This document shows, piece by piece, positions 1 to 8,594 of a DNA stretch of 64,000 nucleotides. Every line of letters starts with the position of its first letter. The first letter of the stretch is position 1. The notes under the pieces were generated by a model. That model saw only the letters and a list, made by a program, of their open reading frames with translations, was not told the origin of the DNA and did no database searches. The position numbers and the translations under genes were made by a program. Origin of the DNA: Rhodospirillales bacterium (GTDB lineage: Bacteria > Pseudomonadota > Alphaproteobacteria > Rhodospirillales > Casp-alpha2); contig CBDDJO010000002.1 in the NCBI GenBank assembly GCA_965229805.1, positions 925,811-989,810 of the forward strand. Direction: 5' to 3'.

Positions 1-518
1 CCCTTGAAGGCCTTAAGAACGGTCTGATTGATGGTGCCGAAACCGGTGCCGGCGCTGTAGCATATGCCGGTATGAGCCCCGTTGTATCGCAGGCGCTTGA
101 GATTGGGTTCTTTGCCAACACCGAGCATGCGGCATTTAACGTCAAGAGTTTTGAAAAGCTCGGCTCCGCCTATCAGGAAGATGCATTGGAGGCCGCCTAT
201 GCCGCGCAAGTTTACACGCAGGGTATGAACGAAGCCGCCCTGATGCAGATTACCGGGCGCACCGCAAATCCGACGCCAGGCAGTATCTGGGAAAAAGAGG
301 GTGTCCGCGTGAGCTTCTTCGCGAAAGATGAAATGGACAAGATCAAGCAGCGTTGCACGCCTGAGCATAATCCTGAGCCGTGGGCTGAATGGCGCGAGCG
401 GCTCAACGACTGGTCTGGTGGCCACGACACCTATAAGGAAATCGGCGCGATTGCTCGAGAAATTCCTGAGGACACGCACGCGGTCAATGTTGAACCACGC
501 CGTTGGTGGCGCGGTTAA
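1..518 (+). CDS. TRAP transporter DctP-type solute-binding protein, C-terminal part (5' end outside window)
   Basis: Reading frame is open from base 3 (LEGLKNGLIDGAETGAG..., matching the DctP-family G-x-[IV]-D-G-x-E segment) into listed ORF 72..518. It lies directly upstream of dctQ/dctM-like genes. Confidence 0.75.
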   Translation, partial: LEGLKNGLIDGAETGAGAVAYAGMSPVVSQALEIGFFANTEHAAFNVKSFEKLGSAYQEDALEAAYAAQVYTQGMNEAALMQITGRTANPTPGSIWEKEGVRVSFFAKDEMDKIKQRCTPEHNPEPWAEWRERLNDWSGGHDTYKEIGAIAREIPEDTHAVNVEPRRWWRG

Positions 519-653
519 ATCAGAGACGTATCGGCTGGGCCCGGCGCAGAGTTATGCGTCGGGCTTGGTGCGCTTCTATCAATCAGTAATAATCTTTTCC
601 TGTATATGGCACTTAGTGTGCCGAATGTTGTTTTATAAAGATCGGAGGGTGAA

Positions 654-1184
654 ATGACTGCCGCTTCACTATGGCGTGCGGTTGACGAAAACCTGGAAAA
701 GTTTGTCGTCTCAATCAGTTTTGCGGCATTGGCCGGCATTATCGTGCTAGCGGTCGTTCAGCGGTTTGTATTCAGCTATCAAAGTCCGTGGAGTGGCTCA
801 ATCCCCGTGTACTTGTTCCTGTGGGTGACTTGGATCGGCGCCGCATACAATATCCGCACCCGAACCCAGCTAAGGTTCGGAGAGTTGCGGTCAAATCTGC
901 CCTACACCGGAAAATTTTTATGCATTTTGCTCGATGCGGCACTCTGGCTGGGTGTTTCCGTGATCGTGATCTACTACGCGATCGAGCAAATTCAGCTTGT
1001 ACACATGAATTTCGCTGTGGTTCAGGGCACCGACGATCTGCCTCAGTGGTGGTTTTATCTGGCGACCCCGCTGGGTTGGGGGCTCATCGTCTATAGGGTT
1101 GTTCAGAACCTGATCATCGACACTGCGGCCTTCATGCGTAGAGAGCCGCTTGAGGGCGACACCACAATATTCACAGCTGATTGA
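654..1184 (+). CDS. TRAP transporter small permease (DctQ-type)
   Basis: 176 aa hydrophobic protein with about 4 TM segments. It sits between the SBP and DctM-like genes, in the usual P-Q-M order. Confidence 0.8.
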   Translation: MTAASLWRAVDENLEKFVVSISFAALAGIIVLAVVQRFVFSYQSPWSGSIPVYLFLWVTWIGAAYNIRTRTQLRFGELRSNLPYTGKFLCILLDAALWLGVSVIVIYYAIEQIQLVHMNFAVVQGTDDLPQWWFYLATPLGWGLIVYRVVQNLIIDTAAFMRREPLEGDTTIFTAD

Positions 1185-1204
1185 TTGTCGAGGTAGTTAC
1201 GAAC

Positions 1205-2488
1205 ATGGATCAGGGCACCCTAATCATCATCGTTTCACTGGTTACGTTCTTATTCTTTATGCTGGGGGTCCCGATTTTCCTGGTTATTTCAACCTGGGTG
1301 ATCGGCGTTAGCCTTGTGATTGATTTCACGTTGGCAAACTTCGGCGTCACGTTGTTTGAAGGGCTAAGCTCGTTTGCCTTGTTAGCGCTGCCGCTTTTTA
1401 TTCTGGCCGGCGATTTAATGAAGGAAACGGGTATCGCGAAGCGGCTTGCCGATTTCGCCTTCAGCGTCGTTGGCTGGGCGCGCGGCGGCATGGCCTTGAC
1501 GAGCATCGGCGCATGCGGGTTGTTTGCTGCGGTCTCCGGCTCCAATTCGGCCACAACGGCTGCGATGGGGTCAATCATGAACCCGGAACTGCGCAAACAA
1601 GGTTACGACGGCAGGTTTGCCGCGGCGACGATTGCTTCGGGCGGCGTCGTCGGCATTATTATCCCGCCTAGTATCGTCTTCATCGTCTACGGCGTGTTGT
1701 TGAAGCTACCGGTCGGAGACTTGTTCGTTGCCGGCCTGTTGCCGGGTGTGATCCTTGTCGTGGCAATGCAAATAACCGCTTACACGATCAGCCGTATCAA
1801 TGGCTGGGGTGAAATTGTCGAGTTTCGAGTGTCGAATATTCTGCGCGCCGGGGGGCGGGCATACCTCGGGCTTCTGGCGATCGTCATCGTGCTGTTCGGG
1901 ATATACAGCGGAATATTCTCGCCGACGGAGGCCGCCGGAATTACGGTCGGATTTACAGTTATCGCGGGGCTGGTCGTCACACGCTCGATCCACGTTCGAG
2001 ATCTGCCGAAGGTTTTGGTGCGTTCCAGTCAGTTGACGGCCATGTTGGCCCCAATGGTCGCGATATCCGTTGTGATGCAGCAGATATTCGCTGTTCTCGG
2101 GGTTCAGGAATTCGTCAATGATGTTTTTGCGGCCGTCGGCGGCGGGTATTATGGCGTTCTGGCGCTTTGCATGGTCATGATTCTTGTATCGGGAATGATC
2201 ATCGAGAGTATTCCGAACACGATTATCTTCGCGCCGATCTTGGCGCCCATCGCGGCATCGGCCGGCGTGGACCCCATTCATTTTGCTGTGATTTTTATGG
2301 TCGGAACGGCCATCGGCTTTATCACGCCGCCATATGGCCTGAACCTGTATGTTGCCAGCGGGGTGACCGGCATCCCTTATCTGCGGCTGGTAAAGTTCGT
2401 CGTGCCTTATTTGCTGGCGTTGATAACTGCTTGGCTGATTATCGTACTGGTGCCCTGGTTCAGTGAAGTCCTGCGTGTTCAGTACTAA
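1205..2488 (+). CDS. TRAP transporter large permease (DctM-type)
   Basis: Polytopic membrane protein with DctM-like segments (LPLFILAGDLM, SGSNSATTAAMG). The ATG at 1205 is preceded by GAGG; the listed ORF begins at an upstream TTG (1181). Confidence 0.9.
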   Translation: MDQGTLIIIVSLVTFLFFMLGVPIFLVISTWVIGVSLVIDFTLANFGVTLFEGLSSFALLALPLFILAGDLMKETGIAKRLADFAFSVVGWARGGMALTSIGACGLFAAVSGSNSATTAAMGSIMNPELRKQGYDGRFAAATIASGGVVGIIIPPSIVFIVYGVLLKLPVGDLFVAGLLPGVILVVAMQITAYTISRINGWGEIVEFRVSNILRAGGRAYLGLLAIVIVLFGIYSGIFSPTEAAGITVGFTVIAGLVVTRSIHVRDLPKVLVRSSQLTAMLAPMVAISVVMQQIFAVLGVQEFVNDVFAAVGGGYYGVLALCMVMILVSGMIIESIPNTIIFAPILAPIAASAGVDPIHFAVIFMVGTAIGFITPPYGLNLYVASGVTGIPYLRLVKFVVPYLLALITAWLIIVLVPWFSEVLRVQY

Positions 2489-2536
2489 AGGTCGATTAGT
2501 AGGCCGCCGGGCGGACCTCGTGACAGTAGCCCGCTG

Positions 2537-3274
2537 ATGACGCCTGTGATACCTGAGTTGACGGTCCTTCTCGTTTCGGTGCCCGTCGTGCTGTTCGCCG
2601 GTTTCATACGCGGCTTTACCGGGTTCGGAGGGCCACTGGTTCTGATGCCGGTTCTGGTTCTGTTTCTCTCGCCTCCTTCCGCGGCCGCGATTGTCCTGAT
2701 CATCGATATCTGCTCGAACATAGGGCTGCTGAAAGATGCCTTTCGTTCGGCTGCGAAGCGGACGGTTCTGTTCACTGTCCTCAGCGCGGTGGCCGCGATT
2801 CCCTTCGGCAGCTATCTAATGATTTCAGTAGATCCCGCTAACGTGAGAAACCTGATTTACGCTGCCGTCGGCATAGCTGCATTGATCTTGTTGACCGGCG
2901 TTCGGAGCTCACGACCGTTCAAGTCATATGAACTCGTGGCCGGTGGGGTTGGTGCCGGCGGTGTGATGGGGGCGACGGCGCTTGGGATATTGATCGTGCC
3001 AATACTGTTTTCCATGGCGGATACGGCGCGTACTGCGCGCGGGAATTTGATCGTGTGGGTGTTCTTCGTCAGTATATTTCTGTTGGGCGTGTTGTTTTTT
3101 GAGAATGCCGTCGGCCAACGGGAATTCATTCTCGGAGTCGGGTTTGCGCCGATTTATCTAATCGGAGCTGTTTTCGGGAAGAATTGTTTCGGTCAGCTCG
3201 ACGAGGAGGTATTCCGACGCTGGGTGCTCAGTTTCTTGATGGCGATATCGGTAGCCGGTTTGTTGTTCGGTTGA
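2537..3274 (+). CDS. TSUP (TauE/SafE) family anion exporter, candidate sulfite/sulfoacetate-type exporter
   Basis: 245 aa with 7-8 TM segments. The N-terminal GFIRGFTGFGGPLVLMPVL segment is typical of TauE/SafE. Confidence 0.7.
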   Translation: MTPVIPELTVLLVSVPVVLFAGFIRGFTGFGGPLVLMPVLVLFLSPPSAAAIVLIIDICSNIGLLKDAFRSAAKRTVLFTVLSAVAAIPFGSYLMISVDPANVRNLIYAAVGIAALILLTGVRSSRPFKSYELVAGGVGAGGVMGATALGILIVPILFSMADTARTARGNLIVWVFFVSIFLLGVLFFENAVGQREFILGVGFAPIYLIGAVFGKNCFGQLDEEVFRRWVLSFLMAISVAGLLFG

Positions 3275-3290
3275 GTTCTAACTCGTCGCA

Positions 3291-4136
3291 CTATTGCAAT
3301 GAGCCTGCCGAATTCAGGCGTGGAAAATTCGGCGACGGTTTGGCGCCGAACATGCGTCCAACGGCTTGAATAGCCGGGGTGCCAAGGGAGAAAAGATCGG
3401 CCATCGCTTTCAGCGCTACGCACAGTGATTCGACTTGGTTCTCCGGAATATTGGCGGACCGGCCATTCATGAAAATGCAGCCGATGCAAGCACCATCCTC
3501 AGTCCAAATGGGTGCGCCGATCGCTGTCAAGCCGTCGAAGTAATCATCTCGGGCAACTACGTAACCGTTGCGTTGCCATTTCTCCAGATCAAGCTCGAGC
3601 ATCTCCAGGTCGGTGATCGTATGCTTGGTATGAGCCTTAAGCGGTCCCGGGCCGAGACGTTTTTCCCTCTCCGCGGCGCTCATGGTCAATAGCAGGATCT
3701 TTCCGGAGGCGGAGGCGTGGATGGGGCTGTTGAGCCAGGTATCGTAGGCGGGGCTGAGAGAATTTTGGCCAGTCGCGATTTCGACGAGGATGCGTTCCTG
3801 CATACAGAAAAGAACGAAGCCTGTTGTCTGATTGTGTTCGTCGCGAAACTGGCTGGCGGCGCGGGACGCTTCCCGTCGGAACTCGTTCAAGGGGCTGTAT
3901 ATGGATAAGGGAAACAGCAGTTTTGGACTGGCGAAATATCGCTTCGCGGTGTCGTCCCTGATGACATAGCCGTGTTCGTGCAATGTTTGAAGTAGCCGGT
4001 GGGTGGTACTCGCGTCAAACTCGCATATTTGCGAAATTTCAGTCGACGAGACGGGGCGCCCGATGTTTCGGATGACATCGATGATTTTCATGCCCCGCGC
4101 CAAGGCGCCGGTTACTTTGTTGTCTTTCGAATCCAT
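3291..4136 (-). CDS. IclR family transcriptional regulator
   Basis: N-terminal winged HTH (ALARGMKIIDVIRN...STEISQICEFDASTTHRLLQTLHEHGYV) followed by an IclR-type effector domain. It is divergent from the Rieske oxygenase gene. Confidence 0.85.
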   Translation of the reverse strand: MDSKDNKVTGALARGMKIIDVIRNIGRPVSSTEISQICEFDASTTHRLLQTLHEHGYVIRDDTAKRYFASPKLLFPLSIYSPLNEFRREASRAASQFRDEHNQTTGFVLFCMQERILVEIATGQNSLSPAYDTWLNSPIHASASGKILLLTMSAAEREKRLGPGPLKAHTKHTITDLEMLELDLEKWQRNGYVVARDDYFDGLTAIGAPIWTEDGACIGCIFMNGRSANIPENQVESLCVALKAMADLFSLGTPAIQAVGRMFGAKPSPNFPRLNSAGSLQ

Positions 4137-4306
4137 GCCTAACGGTGCTTCCCAATCTCATTCTATGCAAGTTTTTTGTCACTCGTGTCGGGTGATCGCA
4201 GTATTTTAGTGGTTTGGCCTTTTGTCGCGTGTCTCTGCGTGTTCGGATCCAGCTTCAGAGAACCATGTATTTCCATATCGGGTCTTGTCTCACCCATTTT
4301 CCAGTG

Positions 4307-4336
4307 TATATTATATCATATAACAATAAATATTAT
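4307..4336. promoter_or_regulatory. AT-rich operator/promoter-like element shared with the pta upstream region
   Basis: TATATTATATCATATAACAATAAATATTAT contains the palindrome TTATAT-C-ATATAA. It aligns with few gaps to 11455..11488. Confidence 0.4.
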
Positions 4337-4388
4337 GCATTTAATGAGATAAAGTTTTTATAATTATAGGCGAAAAACGGAGACGACC

Positions 4389-5816
4389 ATGGACGACGCA
4401 TCTGTGCCTGAACACAATCCGGCGAACAAGCTTAGCTACTCTGCATACCATCGACGGGATACTCCCACTGAAGATGCGGAAATCACTCGTTCGGGACCGG
4501 GCACGCCGCTTGGCGAATATTTGCGGCGGTTTTGGCAGCCCGTTTGTATGTCCGAGCAGTTGCGTGACGTTCCTCACAAAATCCGGATCATGAGCGAGGA
4601 TCTCATCGCGTTCCGCGACAAACGGGGAAAAGTAGGTGTCCTGCAACGGCATTGCGCACACCGGGGTGCCTCTCTGGAATTCGGCATCATCGGAGATAGA
4701 GGTATCCGATGTCCGTATCATGCATTTCACTACGACGTCGATGGGACGCTATTGGATGCGCCCGGCGAACCGGACAACGGTGCCAAACTGAGCCAAACCG
4801 TATGCCAGGGGGCATATCCCGCTTTTGAACGTGACGGTCTGGTTTTCGCCTATATGGGGCCGCCGGAAGAAATGCCGCCGTTCCCGGAGTGGGACGCGCT
4901 GGATAAATATAACGACGTGCGACTGGTGCCGTTCTCTAACGTGTTTCCGTGCAACTGGTTGCAGGTTCTGGATAATATCGCTGATCAGGTGCATACCAGC
5001 TTGCTCCATAACCCGGCGGTCTTGTTCGATGGGGATCCGCCCTCTGACCTCGATATCGATGGATTTACACTGAAATCCTTTAGTGGTGTACCGGTGCTGG
5101 ATTTCACCGAGGTCCGCAACGGCACAAGTATGGCATTTATTGCCGGTCGACGAATGAGCGACGAGCGTGTCTGGTGGCGCATCAACGAATGTGCGCTGCC
5201 GAATCACAGTTTCCACGCATACCTTTTCGAGGATGGGGCCGAGATTCGTAAGTTCCACCGCGTTCACATGATGCGGTGGTATGTGCCCGTGGATGATGAA
5301 AACTCAATCATGTACGGATACCGTATGTTCGGTGACGCGATCGATCCTTACGGTCTTGGGCGTGAAGAGAAAGTCGGCTGGGACGATATGGACTTTCTCG
5401 GCGGCCAGGTGGGCAACCGGCCCTATGAAGAGCAGGTTCGCTTGCCCGGGGATTGGGAAGTGATTGTCGGTCAGCGGCAGATTGCAATCCACGCTCTCGA
5501 GAATCCGATGGCTGCCGACGCCGGCGTCTATATGTTCAGGAAATTGGTGCGCCAGGCCGTCCGTGGGAAGAACCCCGGCGCAAACCCGGAAGCCATGCAT
5601 GCGCGGGCGTCGGAAGGATTGCCGACCCATTGCTACACCCAGAACTCGATCATTTCAGTGAGACGCCGTCCTGACGAAGATGAGGACAAGAAGGTTATTC
5701 GTGAAATCGGTAGAAAGATTATCGCGTTGACCGCTGAAGCAGATGCATACACTGGCGAAGAGCGGAATCAGTTCATGCGTGATAAGCTGACCGAGATCGA
5801 GCGGGACTACGCGTGA
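4389..5816 (+). CDS. Rieske [2Fe-2S] non-heme iron oxygenase, catalytic (alpha-only type) component
   Basis: Rieske motif CAHRGASLEFGIIGDRGIRCPYH and mononuclear iron motif NWLQVLDNIADQVHTSLLH. 475 aa; followed by a PDR-type reductase gene. Confidence 0.85.
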   Translation: MDDASVPEHNPANKLSYSAYHRRDTPTEDAEITRSGPGTPLGEYLRRFWQPVCMSEQLRDVPHKIRIMSEDLIAFRDKRGKVGVLQRHCAHRGASLEFGIIGDRGIRCPYHAFHYDVDGTLLDAPGEPDNGAKLSQTVCQGAYPAFERDGLVFAYMGPPEEMPPFPEWDALDKYNDVRLVPFSNVFPCNWLQVLDNIADQVHTSLLHNPAVLFDGDPPSDLDIDGFTLKSFSGVPVLDFTEVRNGTSMAFIAGRRMSDERVWWRINECALPNHSFHAYLFEDGAEIRKFHRVHMMRWYVPVDDENSIMYGYRMFGDAIDPYGLGREEKVGWDDMDFLGGQVGNRPYEEQVRLPGDWEVIVGQRQIAIHALENPMAADAGVYMFRKLVRQAVRGKNPGANPEAMHARASEGLPTHCYTQNSIISVRRRPDEDEDKKVIREIGRKIIALTAEADAYTGEERNQFMRDKLTEIERDYA

Positions 5817-5877
5817 TGGCGCCGTCAAGAATATTGCGAATGTTCGCCATGACGGGCAACTGGTTGGGGCGAGTGGG

Positions 5878-6873
5878 ATGACGGCGGCTAAATCGTTGTC
5901 GGTGCGCGTCCGGTCGATCGTATACCAGGGCGACTATATCAATCAGTATGAAGTTGTGGATCCGGACGGGAATGAATTGCCCCCTTTTAATCCAGGCGAT
6001 CATATCGACCTGTATTTTCGCGACGGTCGTATACGGCAATACTCGCTTTGCAATGATCCAGAAGAACGCCACCGCTACGTTTTTGCAGTCCTCCGTGATG
6101 AGAACGGCCGGGGGGGATCGAAAGCTATCTTCGATCTTGTCCACGTCGGGAGAATCCTGAGCATCTCAGCACCGCGGAGCAACTTTCGGTTGGCGGATAA
6201 CGCCAAGCGGCATCTGTTGCTGGCGGGTGGAATCGGCGTCACGCCGATCATGTCGATGGTTCGTCACCTCGAAAACGAAGGGGCGGACTATGAGCTTCAT
6301 TATTGTACGAGATCGCCTGAGCAGACGGCATTTCAGGAAGAGCTGCGGGAACTTGCCACCATCGGCCGAGTGCATATCCATCATGATGGCGGTGTGCCGT
6401 CGCGTGGGCTCGATGTTGCGGCGTTGCTCAAGGACCATCAGGAAGGCACCCATTTATATTACTGCGGCCCGACGGGATTCATGAATGCGGTGAAAGATGC
6501 ATCGTCGCATTGGCCCAAGGGCGCGGTTCATTTTGAACTGTTCAAGGCGCCAGAGGGCGATTCGCCGGTCCCCGGCACGTTGATGGGCGACGATGCGGAC
6601 GGCGTTATCGGCATCGGCTTTCAATTGCAGCTTGCCAGGAGTGGTGGCGAGTATGTCGTGCCAGCCGACAAAACGATTATCGAAGTGTTGCGCGAAAATG
6701 GCGTGGAAGTTGAGACTTCATGCGAGGCCGGGCTTTGCAGAACATGTATCACCCGTGTTCTGGAAGGCGAGCCCGATCACAAGGATTATGTTCTGGATGA
6801 AGAAGAGCAACGTGATTTCATGCTGATTTGTTGCTCACGCGCGAAGTCGTCCCGGCTCGTTCTCGACCTTTAA
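5878..6873 (+). CDS. PDR/VanB-type oxygenase reductase (flavin/NAD(P)H domains plus C-terminal plant-type [2Fe-2S] ferredoxin)
   Basis: RQYSLCN flavin-binding-type segment, GGIGVTP NAD-binding motif, and the C-terminal cluster CEAGLCRTC...C. Confidence 0.85.
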   Translation: MTAAKSLSVRVRSIVYQGDYINQYEVVDPDGNELPPFNPGDHIDLYFRDGRIRQYSLCNDPEERHRYVFAVLRDENGRGGSKAIFDLVHVGRILSISAPRSNFRLADNAKRHLLLAGGIGVTPIMSMVRHLENEGADYELHYCTRSPEQTAFQEELRELATIGRVHIHHDGGVPSRGLDVAALLKDHQEGTHLYYCGPTGFMNAVKDASSHWPKGAVHFELFKAPEGDSPVPGTLMGDDADGVIGIGFQLQLARSGGEYVVPADKTIIEVLRENGVEVETSCEAGLCRTCITRVLEGEPDHKDYVLDEEEQRDFMLICCSRAKSSRLVLDL

Positions 6874-8492
6874 GTCTCACGCTGTATCAAGTCGGCGGCG
6901 CGCTCGCCGATCATGATGCTGGGTGCGTTGGTGTTGCTGGTGGTGTGTATCGGCATTACGGAGGCATCCGCGATACGCAGCCCCTTGATTCCGTGAACGC
7001 GAAGGGCGGGGTCCACGACACTGTTCTTATCGTTCCCCATCGAGCAGCTTCCGATTGGATGCCAGGACGTTTCGGCGCTCGATTTGATAAAATCCAGCAG
7101 TTCTTCATCGGTGTTGATCCCGAGACCGGGCCGGACTTCGCGCACGACCAGATCGCTCAAAGGTGAAACTTTAGAGAGTTCCCGGGCGCGGCGAACGCCC
7201 CACAGCGTCGCCTGGATATCGTCCAGATGATCGAGGTAGTTCGCTCTGATCACGGGGGCGTCTTCATGCCTGGGCGAGCGTACGTGGATGCTGCCTTGCG
7301 ATTTCGGAAACAGGAAATACGAACCGATATGGAAACCCGAAAATGGATCGACACCGGACTTCACGTATCGGCTTTGGCTACTCGATAGTGCGCATTGGAT
7401 GCGCATATCCGGAAATGTGCTGACAATGCTTTTTACAAACGCATGTGCCCGAAAGCTCGGCGTCGCGAATAGGCCGCGCCTGGTGAAGGCATAATTCAGA
7501 AGCTCCCGGGCGGCAAAAAGCGGGTTGTTGAGCAGATCATTCGCTGTCGTGTGGCAGTTGGTCTCATAGCTGGCGCGGCAGTGCAGGTGGTCGCGGAGGT
7601 TGCGCCCCACACCAGGAAGATCGTGGTGAACGTCGATGCCAGCTTTTTTGAGAAGCTCCCCATCCCCAATTCCTGACAATTCGAGCAACTTCGGGCTGTT
7701 CAAGGCACCCGACGACACGATTACCTCGCGCACCGACCGTGCTTCGCAAAGCCTGCCCTGATGCCAGTATTGAATGCCTTTCGCGACGTTTCCCTCTAGG
7801 TTGATCCGGTGGGCGACGGCATGCGTTCTGATTTCCAGATTTCCCCGCTTTCGAATGGGCTTCAGATATCCGCGGTACGTGCCGCACCTAATGCCCTTCG
7901 ACGCAGCGATCTGTAACTGGGAAACCCCGCCTGTCTGCTCTCCGTTGTAGTCGCTATTGAAGGGGATCTGGCTTTGGACGCAGCTTTCTATGAATGCTCT
8001 CGAGATCCGATCTTCGGGGTCAAGGCGAGTCAGTTTTATAGGGCCGTCATGTCCACGAACAGCGACGTCGCCGAATGCGGCAGTTTCAAGCCGTTTAAAG
8101 TAGGGTAGAACACTCTGAAAGTCCCAACCGGTGCAGCCCATCTCCGACCATTGGTCGTAGCGTTCCGGCGCGCCACGGACAAAAAGCATGGCATTGATCG
8201 AACTCGATCCGCCCAAGACCTTCCCGTGATGCCAGTGCAGACTGCGGCCGTTAAGTTCTGGTTCGGTCAATAACGGCCAAATATAACGCTCATCGTTGAT
8301 GATCTTTCCGATCCCGAGCGGGATATGCAGCCAGGGCGACCTCATCTCACCCCCCGCCTCAACAAGCAAAACGCGGGTTTTCTCGTTTTCCGTCAAACGG
8401 TTCGCGATTACGGCACCAGCTGAACCTGCCCCGATGATGATGTAATCGAACTCTTCACTGGTGCTTGAGGCAGGGTGGTTATTCGGGTTCAT
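6870..8492 (-). CDS. GMC family FAD oxidoreductase (choline/alcohol dehydrogenase-like)
   Basis: N-terminal FDYIIIGAGSAGAVIANRL...VLLVEAGG dinucleotide fold and the GGSSSINAMLFVRG GMC signature. 540 aa. Confidence 0.85.
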   Translation of the reverse strand: MNPNNHPASSTSEEFDYIIIGAGSAGAVIANRLTENEKTRVLLVEAGGEMRSPWLHIPLGIGKIINDERYIWPLLTEPELNGRSLHWHHGKVLGGSSSINAMLFVRGAPERYDQWSEMGCTGWDFQSVLPYFKRLETAAFGDVAVRGHDGPIKLTRLDPEDRISRAFIESCVQSQIPFNSDYNGEQTGGVSQLQIAASKGIRCGTYRGYLKPIRKRGNLEIRTHAVAHRINLEGNVAKGIQYWHQGRLCEARSVREVIVSSGALNSPKLLELSGIGDGELLKKAGIDVHHDLPGVGRNLRDHLHCRASYETNCHTTANDLLNNPLFAARELLNYAFTRRGLFATPSFRAHAFVKSIVSTFPDMRIQCALSSSQSRYVKSGVDPFSGFHIGSYFLFPKSQGSIHVRSPRHEDAPVIRANYLDHLDDIQATLWGVRRARELSKVSPLSDLVVREVRPGLGINTDEELLDFIKSSAETSWHPIGSCSMGNDKNSVVDPALRVHGIKGLRIADASVMPIHTTSNTNAPSIMIGERAADLIQRET

Positions 8493-8594
8493 AAGGCATC
8501 ACATCTCATTAAGGGGAAGATTTTTGTATTGATATGCGAAGAGAATTTTATATATTGAGAAAAGTTTTGCAATATTTATGAAGGACATCGTTTG

